Of a stretch of DNA of 64,000 bases, positions 38,476 through 51,489 are shown in pieces. Under the pieces are notes generated by a model. It had not been told where the DNA came from. It did no database searches and saw nothing but the letters and a program-made list of their open reading frames with translations. Where the stretch lies: positions 7,811,697 to 7,875,696 of the forward strand of contig NC_057746.1 of assembly GCF_004010195.1 (NCBI RefSeq), read 5' to 3'. The position numbers and the translations under genes are program-made. Every line of letters begins with the position of its first letter. Positions within the stretch are counted from its first letter, which is position 1. This stretch comes from Chiloscyllium plagiosum. Lineage: Eukaryota.

Positions 38476-40443
38476 GGAGATGACACTGGAACGGATCAAT
38501 CTGAATTTCTCTTGCAGAAAGCTCCCATAGACACAATGAGCTCTGAAGGTTCACTCTAAGTGGTATGCATTCAACGATACTGTGACTTGGTGCAAATAGA
38601 GCAGCAGTGGAGGCCAGGGATCACCTTCTTCCACCAATGTCCAACCTTATACACCTGGCTCTGAATTGCCCTGTCTGTGTTAGAATCAGTTGTAGGAGCA
38701 ACGTCTGTCATCAAATGATGGAGAAGTTCTGCAGCTGCTGGAAGTCTGTCATCCCAAACGAAGTGCTGGATATTCTCAGAAAGTTGGGCAGGATCTATGG
38801 AGAGAATAAAACACAGTTCATGCTTCAGATGGGAATAAGAACAGTTCTCAATTTTATCGTGACTATAAGCTCAGAAACATAAGAGAAATGCACTGTAGTG
38901 TAAGGAAAAAAATGTGATTGGAGAGAAACTGAGGGAAGATAAAAAATTGTAAATTAGCAACACATGAGCAGTGGGGGAAACTCATTTCAACACAGTTGCA
39001 ATAAGCCGTAGTTACATTCCTAACTGAGCTAAAATACACTCATTATTAAAGTGGACTGGAGACAATGACAATGTGGTGATCAGGGACTGTAGAGGTGAGA
39101 CAGAGTAATGGATGGACATAGATTCAGATCAACAGTAAGGAGCCATCGCAGTCCAAGAAACATGAAACATTACACATAGAACAGAGCGCAGCACAAAAGG
39201 AATGACATTGGAGAAGAAAGCTCAAAAAGCTCTGAACGAATTTCACTTTTTAAAAAACTCCTGAGAAGTTTCAGGTGGAGCAATTGGAAAGCTATACGAA
39301 CTCTGGTGTCAGAGAAAACCCTTAAATTTCAGGGAATGCCCAGGATGGGGGTAATGTCACTGTGTCATTGTCACTGTGTGATGACATCCGCCACAGGAAC
39401 ACAGAGCATCTGGGTTTGTGCAAACTAGAGATCCCCCACACACTGGGAAGGACGGCAAGGTTCCTGACAGGGGACCCAGGAGATTTACCAGGATGTTTAG
39501 ATAATGAGAGCTTTCAGTGATGAGGTTAGAGTGTAGAAATCGGCACTGAGTGGAGATTTGACAGAGTGGGAGCAGTAGTTTCTGATCGGTTAGCACAAGG
39601 TAAAGAAAATGAAGCTGTTTCCATTAGCTGAACACAATGGATTAGAGAAGAGTTACATCAGTTTGGGGATGTTCCACAAGGAGAATGTGAGAAAGAATTT
39701 TTATGCAATGAATATTAATGACCTTGGACTCAATGCTGACCCACAAACGCGAATAATGCTGAGATCCTGATGCATTGATGGCGGTCATGCTTAAATAAAA
39801 ATCGGTCTGATTAATGATGGAATCTGAATTGACTCAATACTAGCATTGATCCGACAGAATTAATGTGAAATGTCTCTCAATGGACTTAACCCTAAAGATT
39901 CCAGGACAGAAAGCACATCACCTTTCCACAGATTACTGGCTGGTTCTGGAGAAATCTTCAGCTGATTCGGGAAATCTTTCCACAGACTGACGTTGTGAGA
40001 CTTTGCCGATGGATAAATGTCCAACCCTCGGAAGGACATGGCTGGGAATACTCAATAGATCAGGTAGGTGGGATTATACACAGTGAACATTTTAGCTCAA
40101 CGAAATTTCATCAACATCTTTTTGAAGTGGGATAAGTAGGTGATAAATATAAGAAGTAATTAAACGAGGGCAATTGTGTAAGAGTGTAAGCTAGAGTCTA
40201 AATCACAAAGTAAAATATTGTGGACACTGCAGGTGTGGCGTCTGTAGAGATAAAGTTGAGCGTTCACAGTCACTGAGAGTCAGCTGACATTGAAATCATA
40301 AATCTGCTTCTCTTTTCAGAGAGAGTATATGCAGTTTATTAGGACAGACTAAAACAATGGGCTGACTGTAAGAATCGGAGGTAGAGGGCAATCCTTTGTT
40401 GAGCACACTGAATTGTTAACATTTAGTCTGGAATACTCTATAA

Positions 40444-40730
40444 TGCACGGCACTGTGGCTCAGTGGTTACCACTGCTGTCTCACAGCGCCAGGATCCCAG
40501 CTTCGATTCTGGCGTCGGACGACTGTCTGTGTGAAGTTCGCACATTCTCCCTTTGTCAGCGTGTGTTTCTTCCAGGTACACAGTACAAAGATGTGCGGGT
40601 CAGGTCAATTACCCATAACGTTAGGTGCATTAGTCAAATGGAAATGGGTCAGCGTGGGTTAATCTTCGGAGGGTCAGTGTGGACTTGTAGGCTGAAGGGC
40701 CTGTTTGCATACTGTAGGGAACCTAATATA
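40444..40730 (+). mobile_element. V-SINE, diverged
   Basis: GGCACTGTGGCTCAGTGGTT head; GAAGGGCCTGTTT..ACTGTAGG tail. Confidence 0.8.
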
Positions 40731-41199
40731 ATTCGGGAAATACCACTCAGATCATGTGACTTTTTATGTGTTAGTGCCTGGTTAATACGTCTGCACATAT
40801 TTACAATTGCAGGTCCTATTACACTGCCACAGACATATTCCAGCACCGAATTGATATTTGTTTCTTGGAAACAACGTAGCCTTTTAATTTGTGGATAACA
40901 ATCAAGGGAAAGTTTTAACTCCAAACAAAAGTTTTCGACGAGTCCTGTGCTATATCCCTGCTTGCATTTTCCGGATCTACTCTCGAACCTGGTGAGCATT
41001 GTGATGCTGTTCTGGGGAAATGCAGTCTCTTCAGATCTTTCCCTGGTCTCCAAAGCAGTGCGGGATCTCCTGACCAATACAACAACCATGACACTGTCTG
41101 ATTTCTAATCTATGTTTTCTATGAGGTTGCTGCCCACCATTCCTGCAAATATATTCACCTCTGTCTGCATTTATTTAGTAACTGGTAGTTCCAACTGGT

Positions 41200-41880
41200 T
41201 GGTGGGCACTTGCTCCATATCCCTCTTTAACTTGCACATCCATCTGCTTATGAGGCTAAAAGCCCCTGAAACATCCCTATCATTTCTGCCTCCATTGCCA
41301 CCCAGACACTGCGTTCCAGACACCAACCACCCTCTATGGTAACAAACCATGTCACACATTTCGTTTGAATTTTCCCATGTTCATCTTCAATGTATGCTCC
41401 TTAGTTTAAGACATTTCAATTCTTGGAAAGAGAATTCTGACTTAACTCTATTTATGTGTCTCATAATTTTATACATTTCCACGGAGTCTCCCCTCAGAAT
41501 CCGCTGCTCTAAGGAAAACAGCCTGAGTTTGTCTAGAGTCTCCTCAAAGCTCATACAGGCAGCATCCTGGTAAACCTCTACTGCACCCTCCACACCCAAA
41601 CCCCTGAATACTCACAGCAAGTCTTCCTCTCTGTCACCCTCCAACACATTACCCATTAAAAATCTGTCCATGCCCTCCTTAAATGTACTCTGTGTCCTGC
41701 TATCCACTCCATTCAAGGGGGAGGGAATTCCACAGATTCATGATCTTTTGGGAAGTAATTTCTCCTCATCTCTGTTTAAATCTGTCAGCCCCTTATCCTA
41801 AACTATGTCCTCTTGTTCCAGATTGTCTCACTAATGAAACCTTCCTCTCTACCTCGTCAAACCTCTTTTCCAATCTGCAG
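41200..41880 (-). mobile_element. Old CR1 3' fragments
   Basis: LDKLRLFSLEQRILRGDSVEMYKIMR. Confidence 0.7.
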
Positions 41881-42134
41881 AGACAGTGATGGAAAATAGC
41901 AGTTAGACAGTTGTTTTACATGAGTCTTTATTGTAGAAAATATGACATCTACAGCACAACCCTCATCCACTGCCCGTATCCCAACTCAACAAAGAGTTCA
42001 ATTAAAATTGTGAGACACGACATTCAATTGGCAAAGCCATGTCGACTGTGTTGTAATAACTTAGTTTTTTCAAGGTCTATATTTAACTTACTTATGTTCT
42101 GACTCCTATCTGGTTTCCCACTGTTGATGGCAGC

Positions 42135-43065
42135 TTCATCAGTAAAGTGATGGAAGGGATCATCAACAGTGCTAACAAGCAGCATCGGCTCAGCAATAAC
42201 CTGCTCAGTGACGCCCAGTTTGCCTTTTGCCATTGTCACTCAGCTCCTGTTCTCATTACAGCCTTGTTTCAAACATGGACAAAAGAGCTGACTTCCAGAC
42301 CTGAGGTGAGAGTGACAGCCCTTGTCATCAAGGTCGCATTTGACCATGTATGGCATCAAGGAGCCCTGGCAAAATCGGAATCATTTAGTATCAGCAGGCA
42401 AACTCTCCATGGTTTGAGTCATACCTGTCACAAAGAAAGATGGTTGTGGTTGAGGAGGGTCAGTCATCTCAGCTCCAGGACATCTCTGCAGGAGTCCCTC
42501 AGAACACCCCGAGGAGTCCCTCATGAGGCACAATAATCTTCAGCTGCATCATCAATGACCTTCCCTCTGTCATAAGGTCAGAAGTGGGAATGTTCTCCGA
42601 TGATTGCACAATGTTCAGCACCATTCGTGACTCCTCAGATACTGAAGCAGTCTGTGCTCAAATGCAACAACATCGAGGACAATATCGAGGCGGGTGTCGA
42701 CAAGTGGCAAGTAACCTTCACACTACACAAATGCCAGGCAATGACCATCACCAAAAAGGGACACTCTCACCAATTTCTTTGACATTCAAATTTATAACCA
42801 TCATGGGATTCCCCACTGCCATTGACCAGAACACAAATGGACTCACCACATAAACACAGTGGCTACAAGAGCAGGTCAGAGTCTAAGGATAATGTGGGGA
42901 GTAACTCACCTCCTCACACCCCAAAGTCTATCCATCGTCTCCAGGGCACAAGTCAGGAGTATAATGGAATAATCCCCACTTGCTTGGATTGGTGCAGCTC
43001 CAACAACACTCAAGAAACTTGACACAGTCCAGGACAAATCAACCCGCTTGATTGGCACCACATCA
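42135..43065 (+). mobile_element. CR1/L2-superfamily LINE RT relic (DIKAAFDRVWHQGAL type)
   Basis: LLSDAQFAF..HSAPVLITAL.QTWTKEL..VTALVIKVAFDHVWHQGALAK; MFSDDCTMF. Confidence 0.8.
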
Positions 43066-43069
43066 CCCA

Positions 43070-43350
43070 GGGAAAAATTCCCAGCATGTCCAGTCTCTCC
43101 TGGTTAGTCAAACCGTCCAGTCCTGATAACCTCCTCATAAATCTTTTCAGAAGCCCTTCTACTTTAATAATATCCTTCCTAAAGCAGGGCGTCCCGAACT
43201 GTATGCACTGTTTTAAAAGTGGCCTTACCAACAAGACATCCCAACTCCTATGCTCGGTGCTCTGATCAATGAAGGCAAATGTGCCAAACAATGCTTTCAG
43301 CACCCTGTCTACTTGTGACACCACTTTCAAGGAAGGGTGTATCTGAACCT
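43070..43350 (-). mobile_element. CR1 fragment
   Basis: LVRPLLKQCIQFGTPCFRKDIIKVE. Confidence 0.75.
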
Positions 43351-44399
43351 ACGCTCACTATCCTCCCAGGCAAACATTCCAGACCCGCACCACCCACTGG
43401 CTGAGAACACTTTCTCTCAGAAAACCTTCCGTATGTGAGTACGAAGTGCCAGTCGTAGCTTTATCCCAGTTCAATATCCCTTCCTCACTGAGAACTGAAT
43501 TTTCAGCTCAACATTATTTTGTCACAAATTTGCTATTCTTAATATCAGTGTCTTTAGTTTAATGATTATTTGTGCATAAAAAGCATTTTGTTATCATGAA
43601 CCTTAGCACAATCTCAAAAAAATTGTAAATAGAAAGCAGCTGCCGTCATTTCATACCGATAACAACAGGAATGAGCAATGATTGATCGCTTAAAGAAACA
43701 AACTTAGGATTTAAATTGAGAGACTCGAACCAGGTAATTATAATGGACTTCAGAGTTGGAAATTGTGCATGTTTTATGTGAGAAAATTGGATTTTGAATA
43801 AATGAATTTCTAGTTTATATTGAAGATGCTTATCAAAACTCATACTCAATAGGAAGAAAACTTGTAATTTAATAGCAGAGTAGAATAGAACTCTCCTGAT
43901 CCAATTTAATGTATGTATCCTAAGCAGATTTGCATTATTCTTGTGAAATTAAAATTTGTCTGTTCTTCTTAATTGACTGTGAGATTTCTCAGCCACTTGT
44001 TCAGTTTTCATCTCTCAATCAAAGAATATCGTTATATTAGTCAATATTTTTAAACCTTTTCTGTTCTTCCTGAATTACAGAATTAGTACTAATTGTTTTT
44101 GCACCTTTATACATTGTCGATGGTCTATGTCCGTGTCTCATGGTTAATTTGAATTATGGCTACATTAATTCATGTTCACATGGACCATCCCTTAAAAGGA
44201 ATTGAGCATTGCCCATCCAATTGGCAATGGAAGGAGGCAATCTGATGGAAAGTGTTGGAAGCAGAGTGTTAAAAAAAGGAGTTGAGGTAAAAGCAGTCAG
44301 TTCTACTGGGAATCCTGAAACAATGTGTGACATACTGACACTATTTAAGGACAAGGATCACATCAATAGGGATGAGGAATGGGGATTTTATTCCAGGTT

Positions 44400-46100
44400 A
44401 CCCACTGAGCCCCTAACATCTCCTGATAGTATCCACAACAACACCCAATTCATGGCCTTCCCCTTACTCTGAAGTTGAATTGTCTGGTATCGGTCGCCGG
44501 CTTCATAACCAACATCCTGGACCAACCTCAATAAGTGGCTGTCCCGGGAAACAGTAATATTAATGAAACACGCTCCTGACCGCAAGGAGAAACTGGCCCC
44601 ATTTCCTCAATATGTCCAGAGGACAGTATAGATGGACAATGCCACTCCTCAGGACGTGTTTGCTTTTTGTTGATTGATCCTGCTACCTGCAGAAGTTAGC
44701 AATTGGCAAGGATAGATGGGCCAGGGTGGTGCAGGGCCTGTCCGCAGATACGTGGACTCGAAGGAAAGATTCCCCAACAATGATGTCCTGGTAGACCCCT
44801 CAATCCAGCCGTTAGAACGAGCCTTACACCAACCTGTAAACATTGGTGATGGACTGGGAGTCCCAAGCCATGGGAGTCTGGAGATTATTAGGAATGGTTT
44901 GTGGCCTATTACAAAACATTTGCAGGTGATCAAGCCTTTAATCTTGAAGCTGACTCACCTTTGTCTAATGTTATGTTTTTGCAATGTGGTGTCACTGATA
45001 TGATCCAGACAACCAATATGAACTGGTCCAAGAATTCCCAGTCACTAATGAGGTGAGTGGTGGTCTTCTATTGGAATGGCCAGACCGAGACTGAATCCCG
45101 ATACAAGTTACAAGCCGTTAGAACGAGCCTTACACCAACCTGTAAACATTGGTGATGGACTGGGAGTCCCAAGCCATGGGAGTCTGGAGATTATTAGGAA
45201 TGGTTTGTGGCCTATTACAAAACATTTGCAGGTGATCAAGCCTTTAATCTTGAAGCTGACTCACCTTTGTTCAACGTTATGCTTTTGCAATGTATTCCTT
45301 CTGATGTCGTTGATATAACCCAGACAAACAATATGAACTGGTCCAAGAATTCCCAGTCACTAATGAGGTGAGTGGTGGTCTTCTATTGAAATGGCCAGAC
45401 CGAGACTGAATCCCGATACAAGTTACAGAAACAAAAGAAACCTCGTGAGCCATATATCCCGTGTGCCAACCCCGACTGGATTTACTGAGGCCTGCATACC
45501 CACCCTTGGAACGTGCAGCCCTCCACTCCCTCAGTTCCAACCCCAACCTCACTATCAAACCAGCAGACAAGGGAGGCGCGGTAGTAGTTTGGCGCTCCGA
45601 CCGTTATACCGCTGAAGCTAAACGCCAGCTCGCAGACACCTCCTCCTACTGCCCTCTTGACCATGACCCCATCTCCCACCACCAAACCATCATCTCCCAG
45701 ATCATCCATAACCTCATCACCTCAGGGGATCTCCCATCCACCGCCTCCAACCTTATAGTCCCACAACCTCGCACCGCCCATTTCTACCTCCTGCCCAAAA
45801 TCCACAAAATCGACCCATTGTCTCAGCCTGCTTCTGCCCCACCGAACTCATCTCTGCATACCTCAGATCCCTGGCCAGCGACCATTGCTGAGCAACGCTT
45901 TCCTGAGGGGATCCTGGAAACGGGAACAGGCCAGCCCCAGTACTACACCTTTGGGACAGGGAACATGTCAGCTCATCTCCAAGGGATGAATGGCAGCCCC
46001 TTGCTTTAACTGTGGGAGCTATGGGCACTGGGGAGAAAAATGTCCTTATCTTTCGAGCTGGAGCTAACTCAGGGATCGACAGGCTTGCATCCTAGCTAAA
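44400..46100 (+). mobile_element. Endogenous retrovirus gag relic (capsid-like region and nucleocapsid knuckle)
   Basis: Largely collinear frame MKHAPDRKEKLAPF..LERALHQPVNI..MFLQC..NMNWSKN..FYW; CX2CX4HX4C knuckle CFNCGSYGHWGEKC at 46002-46043. Confidence 0.6.
45460..45868 (+). mobile_element. Neptune-like Penelope RT N-terminal fragment inserted in the gag relic
   Basis: ERAALHSL..NLTIKPADKGGAVVVW..PRTAHFYLLPKIHK. Confidence 0.85.
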
Positions 46101-46384
46101 GGAGAATCTGCAAATATGTACCAACTCTTGTGCTTTTGGAATGGCCCACAGTTTCGGAGCCTTGTGGGAACACAGGTGATTGAACTTCCACAAATAATTT
46201 CCACGGGGTAGCTTATTAATAATGCTGGGTTTGTCCATCCAGTCTGGCAGTTATCAAATGTTCAGCTCACGCTGAGACAACTGATGCAGTCTCCAAAGGA
46301 AATTAGGGGTTGGTGCAAACTTCAGGCCACATTGGGTTCCCAGTAAAACTCGGTTAGAAGCAATATAAGGCTGGGGTATACCAG

Positions 46385-46512
46385 GAGAAAGTGAGGTCTG
46401 CAGATGCTGGAGATCAGAGCTGGAAATGTGTTGCTGGAAAAGCGCAGCAGGTCAGGCAGCATCCAGGGAACAGGAGAATCGACGTTTCGGGCATAAGCCC
46501 TTCTTCAGGAAT
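46385..46512 (-). mobile_element. Single-arm Penelope terminus with an intact hammerhead core, 14-bp TSD
   Basis: Minus strand reads ATTC-CTGAAGA-AGGGCTTATGCCC-GAAAC-GTC-GATT. CTGGGGTATACCAG at 46371-46384 and 46520-46533. Confidence 0.85.
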
Positions 46513-47093
46513 ACCAGACCTGGGGTATACCAGACCTGGGTAAGATACAGAAACCACTGTGGGGGGAGACTCTGCTGAACTGCACAATCAATGGACAATG
46601 TAAGGCTGGGTATGCCAGACCTGGGTAAGATACGGAAATCACGGCGGGGGGGGGGGGAGACCCTGTTGAACAGCAGAAACAGTGGACTCAAATGGTGTGC
46701 TCCGTTGTCACTCAAACCAAGCTGTGGGTGACCCCTGTGGGGCAAGTTTGTGCTGCTTCTTTGTTCCTACCCTCATTGATTCTGTGCATAACTGGACACG
46801 CTTGGGCAAGGAGTGAATGGTTAATACTTTATTACAAAACTGGAACACAGTCGAATTACGTACGAACGGATAATGGCACCTCTTTCACTTGCAGCCACAA
46901 GGCCTTGCCCTGGCTCCTATTATCCTGCACTGGGAGTTGCTATCGCGAGGATGTGGTTCCCCTTTTACCACACGTACTCATTCAGATTTGAACGACCTTC
47001 ACCTCGTACCAAAAGAACGCTAAGATACACTGAGCGACTCTTTGCCATTATCTCTCCACCACCCCCCCCCCCCCCCCACTTTATGAAAGGGGT

Positions 47094-47795
47094 CGGCTAA
47101 TAAAGGAAGTTAGAATCATAGAACATAGAATATTACAGTGCAGCACAGGCCCTTTATGGAACCGCTCGTCTAACAAAGGAATTTAGACAAATACAATATA
47201 GAATATCACAGCGCAGTTCAGGTCATTTATGGAACCAATTAGCTGATAAAGGAAACGAGATTCATACAGCATAGAACATTATAGTACAGTACTGGTCTTA
47301 TAAGGAACCGCTCGGCTCAGATATGAAGTTACACTCATAGAACATAGAACATTACAGCCCAGTACAGGCCCTTTATAGAATCGTTCAGCAAATAAAAGAA
47401 GTTAGAGTAACACGATATAAACATTACCGTGCAGTACAGACATTTTATGCAACTAATCGGCTAATAAAGGAAGTTAGACTGATACAACGTAGAACACTAC
47501 AGCGCAGTACAGGTCATTTATTGAACCGCTCGGCTATGAAATGATGTTACACGAATACAACAGAAACAATATAACGCAATACAGGCCCAATATGTAACCA
47601 CTCGGCTAATGAAGGATGTTAGATTCATACAATATAGTGCATTACCTGGCAGTACAGAACATTTCTGGAACCGCTTGGCTAATAAAGGAATTTAAACTAA
47701 TACAACATAGAATATCATGGCGCAGTGAATGTTGTTTATGGAACCGCTCGGCGAATAAATAAAGTTACACTCAAAGAACATAGAACATTAAGCAC
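47094..47795. repeat. 73-bp tandem array, about 10 units, containing a CR1 3' tail
   Basis: Unit approximately CGGCTAATAAAGGAAGTTAGANTCATAGAACATAGAACATTACAGCGCAGTACAGGCCCTTTATGGAACCGCT. Confidence 0.92.
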
Positions 47796-48027
47796 ATGAC
47801 ATCTTCCTTGCCATTTCAATGTTAAAGAATGGACAGATGAGACGTTAATTGACAACATCAGAGTTGCCCTCATTTTTCTGTGTAAAAAGTGCCTGGGTAC
47901 TTTTTCACATTTTCGGTCCATGCCTGTGCTGTTGCTCCATCAGAACACTTTGGCTCGGCAGGCGACAGGTTTTCGATATTTAAAGTTGTCAGGATCCACA
48001 AACTTTTCAATATCCAGTGCCTCCTGT

Positions 48028-48321
48028 AGATTAGATTAGATTAGATTAGATTACTTACAGTGTGGAAACAGGCCCTTCGGCCCAACAAGTCCACACCTCC
48101 CCGCTGAAGCGCAACCCACCCATACATTTACCCCTGACCTAACACTACAGGTAATTTAGCATGGCCAATTCACCTGACCTGCACATCTTTGCATTGTGGG
48201 AGGAAAACGGAGCACCCGGAGGAAACCCACGCAGACATGGGGAGAACGTGCAAACTCCACACAGTCAATCGCCTGAGGCGGGAACTGAACCACTGCTAAC
48301 CACTATGCCACCGTGCCGCCC
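48028..48321 (-). mobile_element. V-SINE with (ATTAG)n tail and a deletion in the tRNA head
   Basis: Same family as 34321-34629. Confidence 0.9.
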
Positions 48322-51300
48322 ACAATAATTCCATAATATCAGGAAGAGTAAATTAAATTGGCTGTAGACTGGGATTTGTGAACATGGGTACCTCAGGAGG
48401 AGGTTAAAATGGATCAACGTCTTCGTATTTTTGGTTGAAGATTGTTGCAAATGCTTCAGCTTTATCTTTTGCACTGATGTGCTGGACTCCCCTTTAAATG
48501 AGTGTTTAATTTTTAGAGAGCAACCTCCTTACCCAGTGGTTTAATTGTCCACCAACGTTTATGACTAAATGTGCCAGAGAGTAGATCTGTAGAATTTAGA
48601 AGTTATGCAAAAACAGAAATTACTGTTGGAACACGGCAGGTCTGGCAGCATGAGTGGAGAGAAAGCAGAGTCTCATTGATTGTGTGATCACTTAGCTCTG
48701 TCCATCACTTGTTGCAGACAAACGTCGTCCTGTTTTGTAGTTTCACCAGGTTGGAACCTCATATATTGGTTTTCAGTGCTGTCTGTATGTCCTGTTGTAC
48801 TCTTTATTAAACCAGTCTGAAGGCTTCCTATTCATATACTGTACTCACCCAGATGCCTTTTCAATGTTTTAATTGTACCAGCTTCCACCACAGAGACATA
48901 GGGTCATCCAGCATGTAAACAGACCCTTTCATGCAAACAGTCCAAGCCGAACAGAATTCCAAACGAAACTGCTCCCACTGCCTGCTCCTGACCCATATCC
49001 CTACAACCCTTCCTATTCATGTATCAATCTAAAAATCTTTGTTTCATATTTACATCACCCTGTGCATGAAGGAATTGCCCCTCAGGTCGCTTTGAAATCT
49101 TTCCCTTCTCACTTTAAAACCATGCCCTCTAGTTTTTATACTATCCATGCTCCTCATGATTTTATGAATCTGAATAAATTCACTCCTAACCCTCTGTCAC
49201 CCCCAGAGTAAAAACGTTCCAGACTATCCAATCTCTCCCTGTAACACAAACCCTCCAGTCAGATATGTTGGGAAACAGTCTATGATTGTTTGTGCAAGAT
49301 ACAAATCAGATGCAGCAGATGGCCCGCTGAACTTCATGGACAATTCGTCATAAGTTGGTCGATCTGTTTGAAGGCTGCCCCATTTCACACAGAGACAGTG
49401 ACACACCACATAATGCAGTGTTTATAAAATATGCGGCAGGCAGATTTGTGACAATGACTTTTGGAATGTCCCAACTCAGTCAGCAGGTTGTGTTGCTGAG
49501 CCTGTCTTGGTGATGCACACTGAAACCATCCACACAGAGTCCATTCTCTGTCATTTCCACCTTCAATGTTGTGTTCAAACAGGGAAATTCGAGCGATGTG
49601 TAATTAATAATCAGCAGAATGTTTCCGTGCCCGTGTTTAACATGATGCCATGAGGATTCGTCGGGAGACGCGTCAATGCTGATCACTTCCAGCATCCCCC
49701 AGTCCCTCCAACGCCTTGAGTGCATCCCATGGGATTGCTATCTCTGCTGGCTCTGACCTGCCAGTGAGGCAGGACCTGCCCTGAGATGATCATAATGTTG
49801 TCTGGGACATTGGCTAGAAAGTGGGATTCTGTGAGCATGACGATGTTCGATTGTTGCTGGATTAGGCTGTGAGTAATATACTATAGGTCAGGTTTACGTT
49901 TTATACAATAAAGAGTTCACCCCTCTTTATTTCTTTGAATCTTAAAAGTAAACCAAAATAAATGATTTATTTTCAGTTGAAGATTATTCACTTCAATAAT
50001 CAGAATGCATACCTAATTATTGCTAAATTTAGTAACTGTAGTGAATAGCTGATTATTGTTCACTTCACTAACCGCAGTAAACAGCTGATCCATGTTCAGA
50101 TGAATAAACACATGAATATGTGCACTGCCATATACATCAAAAACATGATTGACAGTGCCTGAATCTAAATATAGTCTTGCTGGTACAAACCGGCACCTCC
50201 AGTAAAGAGTGACTTGCTCCTAAATATCTCCAAACAGCTTCCAAACTTGATCCGGCAATTAGTCTAAATTTCCTCACAACAGACAATTTAGACTCGTCCT
50301 TGAACAAGGGGGAAGTGCAAGGAACAGATTGGTCAATGGACAACGCTCAGTGCAATTTTCACCATTTTTACAATTGAGCTGCCAATGGCCATGTCTCTTA
50401 AGTTCGTCCATGTTGATGACATCTAGTGTGCCACATAAGCTTCATAATCCTCCGAGTTGGAGCAGGTCCTGATTGAAGATGTTCGAAAAGTGATGGATGA
50501 CATGGCATCTTGCATTGAATGTCTCATCAACAATATCCAGTGCATGTCAGCTCCACAATCCCAGTATCTAAACAGAATATTGCATCGACATTGATGGCCA
50601 GCATGATTCCATACTAACATTGTTGTGTGTGATTCACACTTGAAATTTTATGCAGATGCTTTCAATATTGTATTGATCATTAACAGAAAAATGTCATAAC
50701 TGAAGATCATAAATCCTTTGATCATAGCCTCTAAATTGTCTAATAAGCAAACCCATCCATTTGTTTAGTTCACTTTCAAGAATCTGATTTCCAGCATCTG
50801 CAGTCATTGTTTTTACCCCATCCATTTGTTTAGTTCACTTTCAAGAGTGAGATCTAATGACAACATAGAGCACAAATGAAGAGTCTGTATGTTGCAACCA
50901 AGATCAAATTATTATTTAGCCCAAGCACTTCGAAAATATCCAATTATTTTCACTTGAATACAAATATTCCACACCTAACTGTTTTCATGACAATAATTTA
51001 ACTATGTTTCCAAATATTCCAGATACGAGGACAGATTAAATTGATTCTATCTCGCATGTGAGTAATCTGGGCTATGAATCTCAGTGTGCATGTGCAGGAC
51101 ATAGCACATCGAACATTGCATCTCAGTACAGCCCCGTCGGCCCTCGATGTTGCGCCGACCTGTCATACCGATCTGAAGCCCATCTAACCTATACTATTCC
51201 ACGTACGTCCTTATGCTTGTCCAATGACGACTTAAACGTACTTAAAGTTGGCGAATCTACTACCGTTGCAGGCAAAGCATTCTATACCCTTACTATGCTC

Positions 51301-51489
51301 TGATATAGACTTATAATACCATTATGAAAAGCTGTGAAATAGACAGGCAGCACGCTAGAAGAACATAGCAAGCCAGGCAGCATCAGGAGGTAGAGTCGAT
51401 GATTCGGATGTAATCCTTCTTCAGGACTGGGCTATCAGGAGGTTGACATTTTTGTCTCTGATGAAGGACAGTAAAGCAGAGATACTTAC

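Noticed and set aside
38560-38800. Candidate minus-strand exon after a strong polypyrimidine/AG acceptor
   Set aside because: The sequence after the acceptor resembles a decayed Penelope-terminus repeat (GATGCTGCC..TCCAGCA..CTGCAG), and no protein similarity was recognised.
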